Both the position numbers and the translations under genes were made by a program. From Candidatus Parcubacteria bacterium (GTDB taxonomy: Bacteria; Patescibacteriota; Minisyncoccia; Phycocordibacterales; UBA2100), in assembly GCA_041168925.1 (NCBI GenBank), contig JBEEJY010000019.1, forward strand, positions 2,384-66,383: DNA of 64,000 nt, read 5' to 3'. The notes beneath the pieces were generated by a model. The model saw only the letters and a list, made by a program, of their open reading frames with translations. It made no database searches and was not told the origin of the DNA. Shown here piece after piece: positions 1-9,201 of the stretch. Numbering within the stretch: the first letter of the stretch is position 1; each line of letters starts with the position of its first letter.

Positions 1-39
1 GCTTCGGCAGCCGCGGGCCGCTTTTTATATTGTGTTGCC

Positions 40-67
40 TTGACATATGTTAATAGAGTGATATAAT
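40..67 (+). promoter_or_regulatory. Consensus sigma70 promoter with extended -10
   Basis: TTGACA (40-45), 16-bp spacer, TG at 59-60, TATAAT (62-67). Confidence 0.8.
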
Positions 68-255
68 GCCAAACTCTTGACTGTTCAGCCATACCGCTCA
101 CATGGTGAGCCGTGTTGCTGGGCCGTTAAGCCCAACGTTCTTTGACGATTCGCTGCAAATTGAGTGAGGACTGCACGCCTTCGACTCGGTCGTGGTTGTA
201 CAGCCCTCACTCAAGACGCCGGTCATGAGGGCCCGGCACAACCGTGAGAATAGTC

Positions 256-597
256 ATGAAAAAGACACTCATCGTCGCTACCGCCCTCGTCTTGATCGCC
301 TCCACTGCTTCTTCCGCTACGGAGTTCACCTTCAAGATCGTCGGTGGCGCCCCCGAAGGCTCGTCATTCCACAACTATCAGCCGTACGGCGATCCTACCC
401 GGACCTGCCCAGGCGGTAATGTCCGCTTGGAGCCCGCAAAGCCGAACGCCGGCGGCAAGAAGATGACCAAGGAGGCGATCGCCCGCGGCGACAAACGCTG
501 GCACGTGGTCTGCGTGCGCGGCCCCGTCCCGCAGCAGGGTGATCAGCCACCCGCGCCGCAGCAGCGTCGCACGCAGCGCCAGATCCGCCAGAATTGA
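256..597 (+). CDS. Small secreted hypothetical protein
   Basis: Signal peptide MKKTLIVATALVLIASTASSA; two Cys; ATG at 256 within track ORF 244..597. Confidence 0.7.
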   Translation: MKKTLIVATALVLIASTASSATEFTFKIVGGAPEGSSFHNYQPYGDPTRTCPGGNVRLEPAKPNAGGKKMTKEAIARGDKRWHVVCVRGPVPQQGDQPPAPQQRRTQRQIRQN

Positions 598-686
598 TCG
601 GCAGATCTATGGAACGGGCTCGACAGCGTTTGCTGTCGATGCCCGTTCCGCCACTTTTCCAAGAATCCAAGAATCAACGGCACACC

Positions 687-714
687 TTGACAATTGGATT
701 ATCACTGATATAAT
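687..714 (+). promoter_or_regulatory. Consensus sigma70 promoter of the 773 surface protein
   Basis: TTGACA (687-692), 16-bp spacer, TGn-TATAAT (709-714). Confidence 0.8.
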
Positions 715-772
715 CTCGAGGTTTTCAAAATTATAAAAGATTATTAGGACGGATAATAAAATGTAAACGATT

Positions 773-2227
773 ATGACAAATGCATCTGTAAAGAATACGT
801 TCGCTGTTCTGTCAGTGTTCGCCACGTTGGCGATTTCTATGGGCGCATTTGCCAGCATCGCCAATGCCCAGGAGGACATGGGATATATTGACTCCTACGG
901 TGACAACTTGGGTTACGTTGATAGCTATGGAGACAATCTCGGCTATGTCGATAGCTACGGCGACAACCTTGGTTACATGGATACGTACGGCGACAACCTT
1001 GGTTACATGGACAGCTATGGCAGTAATCTCGGCTATCTCGATTCGTACGGTGATAATCTGGGCTACCTCGACACCTACGGCAATAATCTCGGCTACATGG
1101 ATACTTACGGAAACGACATCTCTGGCACCGACGTGTACGGCACGGATGTGACGTACGAAGAGGGGATCGGATACTCGTACCACGAATATACCGACACCTA
1201 CGGCTACGACACGTATTCCTCTGGCGGTTATGGCGGCTACGGCGGTGGTTTTGGAGGCGGATTCGGCGGAGGCGGTTACGGAGGCGGACGCACCTTCTCG
1301 GCTCCTGGCTTTCCTAGCTTCTCGTACCCGAGCTATCCTTCCTACCCGAGCTATCCGCCCTCTCGTCCGCAGCCCCCGGTTTATCCTCCGGTCATAACGA
1401 CTCCGGTCTCAAACGTTAGCAACAACACCTGCACCGGCGGAAGCTGCAACAACTACAACAACAATAACTACAATTACAACGACAACAGCATCAACGGCAG
1501 CTTCAACACCAACACGAACACCAATACGAATGTGGCGCCGGTCGTGCCTGTCGCGATCGCTCCGGTGACCTATCCTATCAGCTACACGATTCCGCAAACC
1601 CCGGTCATCTACCCGGCTCCGGTCCAAAACCTCTACTGCGTCATCACGGCGGGCCCGACTTCGATCAAGAACGGCCAGCCTGCAGTACTCGCGTGGAGCG
1701 CGCCGGGCGCCACGAGCGCATGGCTCTCCGATGGCATCGGTATCGTCTCTGCGAACGGTTCTCTCACGGTACGCCCGAGCCGCTCGACGACGTACATCCT
1801 CACGGTGACCGGTCCTGGCGGCACGCGCACCTGCTCGACCGTCGTCAATGTCTCAGGCATGCCGTACGTCTCGCTCTCGCAGATTCCGTACACCGGCTTC
1901 GACTTCGGTCCGTTCGGCAACATGATCTACTGGCTCTCGCTCGCGCTTTTCGCGATCGCCGGCGCCTATCTCTTGGTCTATTACCGAGGCGGCATGCTCT
2001 CGCTCGCGAGCGTCGCGCTCGCTCGCACTACCCGATCGGTCGCGGAAGCGCCGGTACGAATAGTGGAAGCGGCAGCGAGGAAAATCGAGGAAGTAGTCAT
2101 CGCTCCGGTAGCCGCATCTCTCGAGAACCTTCCGGCGTTCGAAAAACGCGCCGTAACCAATGACTCGCTGACCTTCAGCGCATCGAAAAACGGCGAAGCG
2201 CCCCGCATCACCATCAATCGCAACTAA
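773..2227 (+). CDS. Exported surface protein with decapeptide repeats, low-complexity tracts, PKD/Ig-like domain and C-terminal IPYTG+TM anchor
   Basis: Signal peptide; 8x GYxD[ST]YG[DSN]N[LI]; G/Y, P and N-rich tracts; AVLAWS..TTYILTVTGPGG Ig-like motif; IPYTG then a hydrophobic helix. Confidence 0.85.
   Translation: MTNASVKNTFAVLSVFATLAISMGAFASIANAQEDMGYIDSYGDNLGYVDSYGDNLGYVDSYGDNLGYMDTYGDNLGYMDSYGSNLGYLDSYGDNLGYLDTYGNNLGYMDTYGNDISGTDVYGTDVTYEEGIGYSYHEYTDTYGYDTYSSGGYGGYGGGFGGGFGGGGYGGGRTFSAPGFPSFSYPSYPSYPSYPPSRPQPPVYPPVITTPVSNVSNNTCTGGSCNNYNNNNYNYNDNSINGSFNTNTNTNTNVAPVVPVAIAPVTYPISYTIPQTPVIYPAPVQNLYCVITAGPTSIKNGQPAVLAWSAPGATSAWLSDGIGIVSANGSLTVRPSRSTTYILTVTGPGGTRTCSTVVNVSGMPYVSLSQIPYTGFDFGPFGNMIYWLSLALFAIAGAYLLVYYRGGMLSLASVALARTTRSVAEAPVRIVEAAARKIEEVVIAPVAASLENLPAFEKRAVTNDSLTFSASKNGEAPRITINRN
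881..1120 (+). repeat. Coding tandem repeat, 8 x 30 nt
   Basis: Units start with ggN taY every 30 nt from 881; differences are mostly synonymous. Confidence 0.9.
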
Positions 2228-2285
2228 AGTGCGCGTTTACGATTAACGAAGTCGAAGTGCCGCCGTCCTCAAGACAGACAAAGTG

Positions 2286-2317
2286 AACAAGACCTCCCCA
2301 TTCGGGGAGGTCTTGTT
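2286..2317 (+). terminator. Intrinsic terminator hairpin
   Basis: aacaagacctcccc-attc-ggggaggtcttgtt, perfect 14-bp stem after the 773 gene. Confidence 0.8.
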
Positions 2318-2384
2318 ATCAGATTCATATCTTACCTATGGAAGGTGGTCAGTGTAGATAATCCGGACTGTCTGGAGATAACCC

Positions 2385-2420
2385 TACACTTATATGCTCG
2401 GTCGTATAAGATAAGTGTAT
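2385..2420. repeat. 36-bp palindromic direct repeat, copy 1, abutting the PaaX-like start codon
   Basis: tacacttatatgctcggtcgtataagataagtgtat; arms TACACTTAT/ATAAGTGTA; 32/36 identical to 2995-3030. Confidence 0.9.
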
Positions 2421-2984
2421 ATGGGCAAATTAGAGGAAACTACGAGACGACGCGCAAAACGGAATCAAATACAGAAAGTAGTTTTAGAGACAATAAAAAT
2501 AGCAGGCATTTTGAGTATTGGCATCGTCGCTCCCAATGTTCTGGGGGCCATGCATAAGCTGGGTCTGATACGGCACGGACGACATGGAGAACTCGTTCGC
2601 AGATCGATCGATCGTATGTATAGTCTTGGCTATTTGAAGCACGTCCGAGGAGGTCTTCAGCTCACTGAGAAAGGCGAGAAGTACCTGCGGACGCTTCAAT
2701 CTAGAATTTTCACTCGAATAAAACCACTCCGATGGGATCATAAATGGCGCATATTAATTTTCGACATTCCCGAACACAACAGGAAGCTCAGGGACCATAT
2801 TCGTCGAACACTGTCGGGGAACGGTTTCATGCAAGTTCAAAAGAGCGTGTGGATATATCCATACGACTGCGAAGACTGGGTCAATCTTTGGAAAGCAGAA
2901 CTCAAAATCGGCAAACAACTTCTTTATCTTATTGTTGATTCTTTGGAAGGGGACTCATCCCTCAAAAGAACCTTTGGCCTGTAG
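2421..2984 (+). CDS. PaaX-like protein (winged HTH + Cas2-like ferredoxin-fold domain)
   Basis: wHTH wing LQLTEKG followed by WDHKWRILIFDIPE..R..LR..L...GF..VQKSVWIYPYDC, characteristic of the PaaX central/Cas2-like domain; AT-richer than its flanks. Confidence 0.8.
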   Translation: MGKLEETTRRRAKRNQIQKVVLETIKIAGILSIGIVAPNVLGAMHKLGLIRHGRHGELVRRSIDRMYSLGYLKHVRGGLQLTEKGEKYLRTLQSRIFTRIKPLRWDHKWRILIFDIPEHNRKLRDHIRRTLSGNGFMQVQKSVWIYPYDCEDWVNLWKAELKIGKQLLYLIVDSLEGDSSLKRTFGL

Positions 2985-2994
2985 TATTTTGTAA

Positions 2995-3030
2995 TACACT
3001 TATGTGCTCGATCGGATAGGATAAGTGTAT
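2995..3030. repeat. 36-bp palindromic direct repeat, copy 2, 10 nt after the stop codon
   Basis: tacacttatgtgctcgatcggataggataagtgtat. Confidence 0.9.
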
Positions 3031-3131
3031 GAGAAGGAATGAGGATAAAAAGGAGGCGAAGAAAGAAGTCGGGGGGGGATGGAAGAAAATGCGGGTAACG
3101 AGTAAGAAGTGCCGTAAGAAGTGAATGTGAA

Positions 3132-4379
3132 TTACAAGCTGCGGGCAGCAATGTCGCGCTTTAACTTCTCGATGAATTTGCCAATCTCTTCCGTCTTCTT
3201 TTGTCCGGTGCGGTTCTCTATCGTCACCGTTTTATCCGCGACCTCCTGATCGCCGACGACGATAAAGTAGGGGATTTTTCCCATTTTCGCATTGCGAATC
3301 CGTTTCCCGAGGCTGTCGCCCTCGAGGAGTTCTACGCGCACTCCGGCTTCTTTGAGTTCTGTCACCGTACTGCGCGCGTACTCCGCGTGCTTGTCGGAAA
3401 CGGGCAACACGGCGACCTGCACGGGCGAGAGCCAGAGCGGGAAAGCGCCTGCGTAGTGTTCGATAAGAAAGGCGATGCTGCGCTCGAAAGTGCCGATAGA
3501 CGAGCGGTGGACGACGAACGCACGATGTTTCTTGCCGTCCTCGCCGATATAGGCGAGGTCGAACCGGTCGGGCATGCAGAAGTCGTACTGCACGGTGAAG
3601 GCGGTATCTTCTTTGCCGTTCACGTTTTTCATCTGTATGTCTATTTTCGGACCGTAGAACGCAGCCTCGTCTTTCGCCTCGAAAAAGTCGCTTCCGCGCT
3701 TCTTCAGCACGCCGCGCAAAAGCTCTTCGCCTTTTTCCCACGCGGTATCGTTTTTATAGTATTTTTCCGCGTTGGAGCGATCTCCGAGCGAAAGCCGGTA
3801 GCGATATTCTTTGCCGTGTTGCAGGCCGAATACTCCCGCGACGTATTCTATGAGATCGAGCGCCTTGTCGGCTTCTTCAGCCGCTTGTCCCTCCGAAGCG
3901 CAAATAATGTGCGCATCCGCGAGGCACATGGATCGCACGCGCTGCAAGCCCATGAGCTCGCCCGATTGCTCGTAGCGATAGAGCTTCGCGAGTTCCGCTA
4001 TTCGCATCGGCAGCTCGCGATAGCTGTGCGGTTTGTCGAGATAGAGCTCGAAGTGGTGCGGGCAGGTCATCGGTCGGAGCATGAATTCTTCGTCGTCGAT
4101 GACGATGGGCGCGTACATCGAATCCTTGTAGTGCGGGTAGTGACCGCTTTTGCGATACAAGTCGAGCTTCGCGATATCGGGCGTATAGACATGCAAGTAA
4201 CCCCGTTTGATTTCTTCATCCACTATGAAGCGTTCAAGCTCGCGGCGTATGACTGACCCGCGCGGAGTCCAGAGGGGGAGTCCTTTGCCTACGGCGTCGG
4301 AGAAGGTGAAGAGATCAAGTTCGCGACCCAACTTCTTGTGGTCGCGTTCATTGGCATCGGCCGCCGGCTCGTTCTTCAT
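3132..4379 (-). CDS. thrS: Threonyl-tRNA synthetase, short form lacking the N-terminal TGS/editing domains
   Basis: RDHKKLGRELDLF, LRPMTCPHH, YRYEQSGEL, AAFYGPKID, HRSSIG..ER; start placed at ATG 4379. Confidence 0.95.
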   Translation of the reverse strand: MKNEPAADANERDHKKLGRELDLFTFSDAVGKGLPLWTPRGSVIRRELERFIVDEEIKRGYLHVYTPDIAKLDLYRKSGHYPHYKDSMYAPIVIDDEEFMLRPMTCPHHFELYLDKPHSYRELPMRIAELAKLYRYEQSGELMGLQRVRSMCLADAHIICASEGQAAEEADKALDLIEYVAGVFGLQHGKEYRYRLSLGDRSNAEKYYKNDTAWEKGEELLRGVLKKRGSDFFEAKDEAAFYGPKIDIQMKNVNGKEDTAFTVQYDFCMPDRFDLAYIGEDGKKHRAFVVHRSSIGTFERSIAFLIEHYAGAFPLWLSPVQVAVLPVSDKHAEYARSTVTELKEAGVRVELLEGDSLGKRIRNAKMGKIPYFIVVGDQEVADKTVTIENRTGQKKTEEIGKFIEKLKRDIAARSL

Positions 4380-4472
4380 CGACCTAATATAGCAAGGAAT
4401 TGCGCTACGTAAAATCGAAGCGGCGGCCGAGAACTTGTCTCGGTCGCCGCGTTTATCCGCTGTAGCGAACAC

Positions 4473-4808
4473 TTACCCGACGATATCGATGGCGTCGCAG
4501 AACCGCAGGACATTGCGTTTGAGTTGATCCCGCGGAATCTGTTGCTGATGCGCCATCATGAGCAAACTGATCTCCCCGGCAACCCCGGCGACCCAGAGCT
4601 CCAACTCGCTCGGATCCACGGTTTCTTCCATGGCCTTGGCGATCTTATCCCAATATTCGAGATCAAATTGTCTCTGCTTGTCACCGATCACTCCGGTCAC
4701 CATATGGTTGAAATAATCGGCTAGTGCCCGGAGATTGTTCCTGGGCTTGTCCGGGTTCCTGCGGATTTCTGTAGCAGCTCGTGCCGCCAGCTCGCGAAGT
4801 CTCTTCAT
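4473..4808 (-). CDS. Hypothetical protein
   Basis: Open helical-looking ORF; GGAG SD before ATG 4808 (alternative TTG start 4892); hairpin at ~4420-4450 downstream. Confidence 0.55.
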   Translation of the reverse strand: MKRLRELAARAATEIRRNPDKPRNNLRALADYFNHMVTGVIGDKQRQFDLEYWDKIAKAMEETVDPSELELWVAGVAGEISLLMMAHQQQIPRDQLKRNVLRFCDAIDIVG

Positions 4809-4894
4809 GTCTCGATCTCCAACGAATGGATCAAACGAGGCGGAGCAGTCAGCCTCTGTAAAGTTTTTACAGTAAAATATCTCTGTTGTCAAAT

Positions 4895-7800
4895 TTACAA
4901 CGCCTTTGCGCGTTCCACTACGAAACTAGGTTCGCCGTTGCGCTCCGAGATCCTGCCTTTGATCGCGATGCATGCGCCAGGCGCCATGAGTTGTTCATAC
5001 TCTTTAAAAGTGCGCGGGAACGCGATCGCTTCGATGCCGTCGCTGAAATCCACGATCTTGAGAAAACCCATTCGTTCGCCGTTCTTGGTTGTATTGACGC
5101 GTGCCTGCTCGATAAAGCCCGCGATGACCGTCTCGACGCCGCGCATGTTTTCCTTGGCGTGCTTGATCGTCTTTTTCGCGTCGGTGAATTTCGCGCGATG
5201 CTTGTCGAGCGGATGTCCGGAGACGTAGAGGCCGAGCAGCTCTTTCTCCCACGAAAGCAGCACATCGAGCGGCACGGGCTCCGCACGTTTTAGCGTGAGC
5301 TGCACACGCTCGTGCGAACCGAGCGCCGCCTCAGAAAAGAGCGACCCTTGATCTTGCGGCGCACTCAGCTGTTCCCGGTGATACTCAAGAAGAGTCTCAA
5401 GGTTCGCCATGAGCTCTCCGCGGGTAATCTGCATATCATCGAATGCGCCGCACTGGATGAGCGATTCGAGAGATTTCTTGTTGAGATTTTTGTCGGGAAT
5501 GCGCGAGAGAAAATCCGCGATGTTGGAAAACGGGCCGCCTTTTTCCCGTGCCGCGATGATGGAATCCGCGACTCCGGTGCCGAAATTTTTTATCGAATAC
5601 AATCCGAAGCGGATATTCTTTTCGTCGATGACGGTGAAATTGCCCTGACTTTCTTGCACGGAGGGAGGCCATATGGTGATGCCCATCCGCTTGCACTCCC
5701 GCACCACCTCGGCGACTTTCTCCACGTCGCCCGCATCGGCGGTGAGGAGCGCGGCCATGTAATCGACGGCGAAGTTTGCTTTCATATATGCGGTCTTGTA
5801 CGCCAGATTGCCGTAGCTTGCGGCATGCGCTTTGTTGAATCCGTAGGCGGCGAACGTCTCGATCTGTTCCCACAGTGTTTGCACCGCGTCTTTTTTCATG
5901 CCGTTTTTGATGCATCCTTGCGCAAACTTCTCTTTTTGCGCCTTCATCTCGGCTGGAATCTTTTTGCCCATCGCTTTACGGAATTTATCGGCCTCACCCC
6001 ACGAGTAACCGGCGAGCTCCACCGCGATCATCATGACGTCGTCTTGGTAGATGAGGACGCCGTAGGTCGGCTTCAGGATTTTTTCCATGCGCGGATCGAG
6101 GTAGCGCACTCGCGAAGGATTGCGCTTGCGTTCGATGTACTCGGGGATGAAGGCCATCGGTCCGGGTCGATAGAGCGCGACCATCGCGTTTAGATCATGA
6201 ATGACGGTCGGCATCAGCTCTTTGAGGTACGAGGTCATGCCGCCACCCGCCATTTGAAAGACTCCGAGCGTTTCGCCGCGTGCGAGCATCCCGTAGGTCT
6301 TCTTGTCGTCGAGGGGTATTTTTTCGAGATCGATCGTTTTGCCGAGACGCTTTCCAACGCGCTCGACCGAATCCGCGAGGACGGAGAGATTGGTGAGACC
6401 GAGGATATCGAATTTCAAAAGGCCGACGCCGCCGTATTCGTCGGCGATCGAATACATATCGTACTGCGTGATGATGTGATTCCCCTTCGGGTCGATCTGG
6501 ATGGGAGAGAAATCGCTGACTTTGGTCGGCGCGATAACGACACCCGCGGCGTGCACGCCGACATGGCGCGCGTTGCCTTCGATCTTGCGCGCGAGGTCGA
6601 GGACCTCGCGCGCATCCGCGTCCCTCTTGTACACGTCGGCGAGTTCGGGGGCGTCTTTGAGCGCGTTTTCAAGCGTCACCGGAAATCCTTGCTTGCCAAA
6701 GGGGATTAATTTCGCGATCGTATCGCCGAGGCCGTATGGATGCCCAAGCGCTCTGGCGACATCGCGCACAGCGGCGCGCGCCATCATGGTGCCGAAGGTG
6801 CCGATCTGCGCCACTTTGTCGACGCCGTATTTTTCTCTCACGTAGTCGATGAGCTCGTCGCGACGGTTGTCTGCGATGTCCATGTCGATGTCGGGCGCGG
6901 TCGGCCGTTCGGGGTTGAGGAACCGCTCGAAAGGCATTTGGAACGCGATCGGATCAACGGTCGTGATGCCGCAAAGGTACGAAATGAGCGATCCCGCGGC
7001 GGAGCCGCGGGTATTGGTGTAGATCCCGGCCTCTCTCGCATGGCGCAGCAAGTCGGCGACGATAAGAAAGTACGAGGCGTAGCCCTTTTTTGAAATGATC
7101 TCGAGCTCGTAGTCCATGCGCGCGCACAGTTCAGGGGTCTCTCGCATCCCGCGCTCCTTGATGCCGCGTTCGGCGAGAGACCGGAGTTCGCCGTCGTGCG
7201 TCGCGTTCGCAGCGATCGGGAAATAGGGAAGGATCGCCTTTCCGAGGGTCAGTTCGAGGTTGCACGATTGCGCCACCCTCTCGGTGTTTTCCAGGGCCTG
7301 CGGCAGCTGCTCGAAGAGTTCTCGCGCGCGAGCTCGCGAAATGAAAGAAAAATCGTGCGCGCCTTCCTCGAAACCGCGGTTGAGGGTCGAGCCGGTGCGG
7401 ATCTTGTTGACGAGCTCGCGCGCGAGCGCGTCGTCTTGCTTCAGATAATAGGCATCGTGGGCGGCGACGAGCGGGATCCGGAGGCGGTCGGCCACAGATG
7501 CGATCTCGCGCGCTCGCGTTGCGTGCCCATCGATCTCCGGGTGCATGGTGATCTCCGTGAAAAGATCGCTTTGAAAAAGATGCGCGTACCAATCCATCAC
7601 CTCTTCGGCTTTTTGCGCGTTGCCGTCGCGAAGCGCTCGCGCATGTTCGCCGCCAAACGACGGAAGGATGGCGATCAGCCCCTCCCGATGCTCTTCGACG
7701 AGTTCGCGGTCAACGCGCGGACGGTAATAAAAGCCCTCAAGGTGCGAGCGGGAGACGAGCTGCAGCAGATTGCGGTACCCTGCTTCGTTTTTCGCGAGCA

Positions 7801-8077
7801 AAACGAGCCGCGACGAACGGTCATCCACCCGATGCTCTTTGTCGTGTCGCGTGCGCGCCGCGACGAAAAAATCCACCCCGATGATAGGCTTCACCGCGTT
7901 GTCTTTGCACTCTTTATAGAATTCTATGGCACCGTAGAGGTTGCCGCTGTCTGTGAGAGCCAGGGATTTTTGTCCGTCCGTAGCAGCCGCGGCAACAAGA
8001 TCCGGAATTTTCGGCAATGCTTCGAGCAGCGAGTAGTGCGAGTGTGTATGCAAATGGACAAAATCACGCGCACTCAT
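4895..8077 (-). CDS. dnaE: DNA polymerase III alpha subunit
   Basis: PHP HLHTHSHYSLL, RGSAAGS, PDIDMD, KFDILGL, YGFNKAHA, C-terminal OB fold. Confidence 0.97.
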   Translation of the reverse strand: MSARDFVHLHTHSHYSLLEALPKIPDLVAAAATDGQKSLALTDSGNLYGAIEFYKECKDNAVKPIIGVDFFVAARTRHDKEHRVDDRSSRLVLLAKNEAGYRNLLQLVSRSHLEGFYYRPRVDRELVEEHREGLIAILPSFGGEHARALRDGNAQKAEEVMDWYAHLFQSDLFTEITMHPEIDGHATRAREIASVADRLRIPLVAAHDAYYLKQDDALARELVNKIRTGSTLNRGFEEGAHDFSFISRARARELFEQLPQALENTERVAQSCNLELTLGKAILPYFPIAANATHDGELRSLAERGIKERGMRETPELCARMDYELEIISKKGYASYFLIVADLLRHAREAGIYTNTRGSAAGSLISYLCGITTVDPIAFQMPFERFLNPERPTAPDIDMDIADNRRDELIDYVREKYGVDKVAQIGTFGTMMARAAVRDVARALGHPYGLGDTIAKLIPFGKQGFPVTLENALKDAPELADVYKRDADAREVLDLARKIEGNARHVGVHAAGVVIAPTKVSDFSPIQIDPKGNHIITQYDMYSIADEYGGVGLLKFDILGLTNLSVLADSVERVGKRLGKTIDLEKIPLDDKKTYGMLARGETLGVFQMAGGGMTSYLKELMPTVIHDLNAMVALYRPGPMAFIPEYIERKRNPSRVRYLDPRMEKILKPTYGVLIYQDDVMMIAVELAGYSWGEADKFRKAMGKKIPAEMKAQKEKFAQGCIKNGMKKDAVQTLWEQIETFAAYGFNKAHAASYGNLAYKTAYMKANFAVDYMAALLTADAGDVEKVAEVVRECKRMGITIWPPSVQESQGNFTVIDEKNIRFGLYSIKNFGTGVADSIIAAREKGGPFSNIADFLSRIPDKNLNKKSLESLIQCGAFDDMQITRGELMANLETLLEYHREQLSAPQDQGSLFSEAALGSHERVQLTLKRAEPVPLDVLLSWEKELLGLYVSGHPLDKHRAKFTDAKKTIKHAKENMRGVETVIAGFIEQARVNTTKNGERMGFLKIVDFSDGIEAIAFPRTFKEYEQLMAPGACIAIKGRISERNGEPSFVVERAKAL

Positions 8078-8112
8078 ATTTCGCAGTATAGCACTAGCGA
8101 GTTTTCCAAATG

Positions 8113-8139
8113 AAAAGGGCGTGCCGCAGCCGCCCTTTT
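8113..8139 (-). terminator. Intrinsic terminator
   Basis: aaaagggcg...cgccctttt downstream of the 8174 gene. Confidence 0.65.
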
Positions 8140-8173
8140 GTCTTCTCGTCGTGCTCGTGGATTGCGCCGGCCG

Positions 8174-8470
8174 TCAGTCTTCGGGGTGGAGCTCCTCGGA
8201 TTCGGGGAGCGGAGGCCCGCCGTATTCGCGGTCGCCGGCGTCCTCGTGCTGCCAGTCGTCGTACTCGTGCGGGCAGTGGGTACCGAGGAAGTCGTGCTCG
8301 CCGAAGCTATGAAGAATTGGGATCAGCGCTTCGACGTGATCGGGCACCGGTCGGGCGGTCTCGGCCCAGTGCCTTTTCAACTCGGCGATGTCATCGGGAC
8401 TGGCGCTGCTCCCGGCTTCGATAACGCGCTCAATGATAGACGACGGATGGTCTACGACTGTTGCCGACAT
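8174..8470 (-). CDS. Acidic hypothetical protein
   Basis: MSATVVDHPSS.. with GAGGG SD upstream and its own terminator. Confidence 0.55.
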   Translation of the reverse strand: MSATVVDHPSSIIERVIEAGSSASPDDIAELKRHWAETARPVPDHVEALIPILHSFGEHDFLGTHCPHEYDDWQHEDAGDREYGGPPLPESEELHPED

Positions 8471-8588
8471 TGTTCCCTCGCGGGTTTGGTGGTTTCCGTT
8501 GCCGCCACAGGCACTATGTACAAGGTCCTTTGGCTGTCCGCAGCGTATCAAAAGACGGCGTCTTTTCAAACTGGTATCATTACTAGTG

Positions 8589-9191
8589 ATGCGCTGCGTC
8601 ATTGGCATCGACGAGGCGGGGCGGGGGCCGCTGGCAGGGCCGGTCGCGGTCGGAGCCGTGATGGTGCCGATAGATTTTGATTGGAGAGCGCTTCCCGGAG
8701 TTAAAGATTCGAAACAGCTGCGTTCGCAGGTGCGCGAGCGCATTTTTAGCGATATGCAAGCGCTCGAGAGACGGGGCAAACTCCGCTACGCCGTCAGGTT
8801 TTCGTCCTCGGCGATGATCGACCGCGTCGGCATAACGCGCGCCGTGAAGCGCGCGCTTTTATGCGCGCTCGAGGCGCTCGAGGCGGATCCCGCGGGTGTC
8901 TGCGTCTTGCTCGATGGAAGCCTCTATGCTCCATCTCACTATGTGGAACAGCGCACCATCATCCGCGGCGATGAGACGGAGCCCGTGATATCGCTCGCCT
9001 CGATTGCGGCCAAAGTCGTGCGCGATAGGCGAATGGAAAGATTCGCGGAAAGCTTGCCCGCGTGGGGTTTTGAGGAACACAAAGGGTACGGAACGCACGA
9101 GCACATCCGCGCGATTGCGCGAATGGGACTCTCGGAGATACATCGGGCGTCATTCTGCGCCGGGTTGCGAATCGGCTCAAAATCAGTATAG
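8589..9191 (+). CDS. rnhB: Ribonuclease HII
   Basis: IGIDEAGRGPLAGPV, DSKQL, ASIAAKV.RD, HKGYGT. Confidence 0.95.
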   Translation: MRCVIGIDEAGRGPLAGPVAVGAVMVPIDFDWRALPGVKDSKQLRSQVRERIFSDMQALERRGKLRYAVRFSSSAMIDRVGITRAVKRALLCALEALEADPAGVCVLLDGSLYAPSHYVEQRTIIRGDETEPVISLASIAAKVVRDRRMERFAESLPAWGFEEHKGYGTHEHIRAIARMGLSEIHRASFCAGLRIGSKSV

Positions 9192-9201
9192 TAGGGCCAC
9201 C

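Noticed and set aside
185-194. CTCGGTCGTG as a further copy of the 40-bp site
   Set aside because: Only the core matches; the AT-rich inverted arms are absent.
881-1120. Regularly spaced repeats as a CRISPR array
   Set aside because: The units are contiguous 30-mers in frame within a CDS, vary at synonymous sites and have no unique spacers.
2385-3030. Canonical CRISPR-Cas locus (36-nt repeats plus a 'cas2')
   Set aside because: Only two repeats, separated by a 574-nt gene-containing interval; no cas1 or effector; the protein has a wHTH and fits PaaX-like better.
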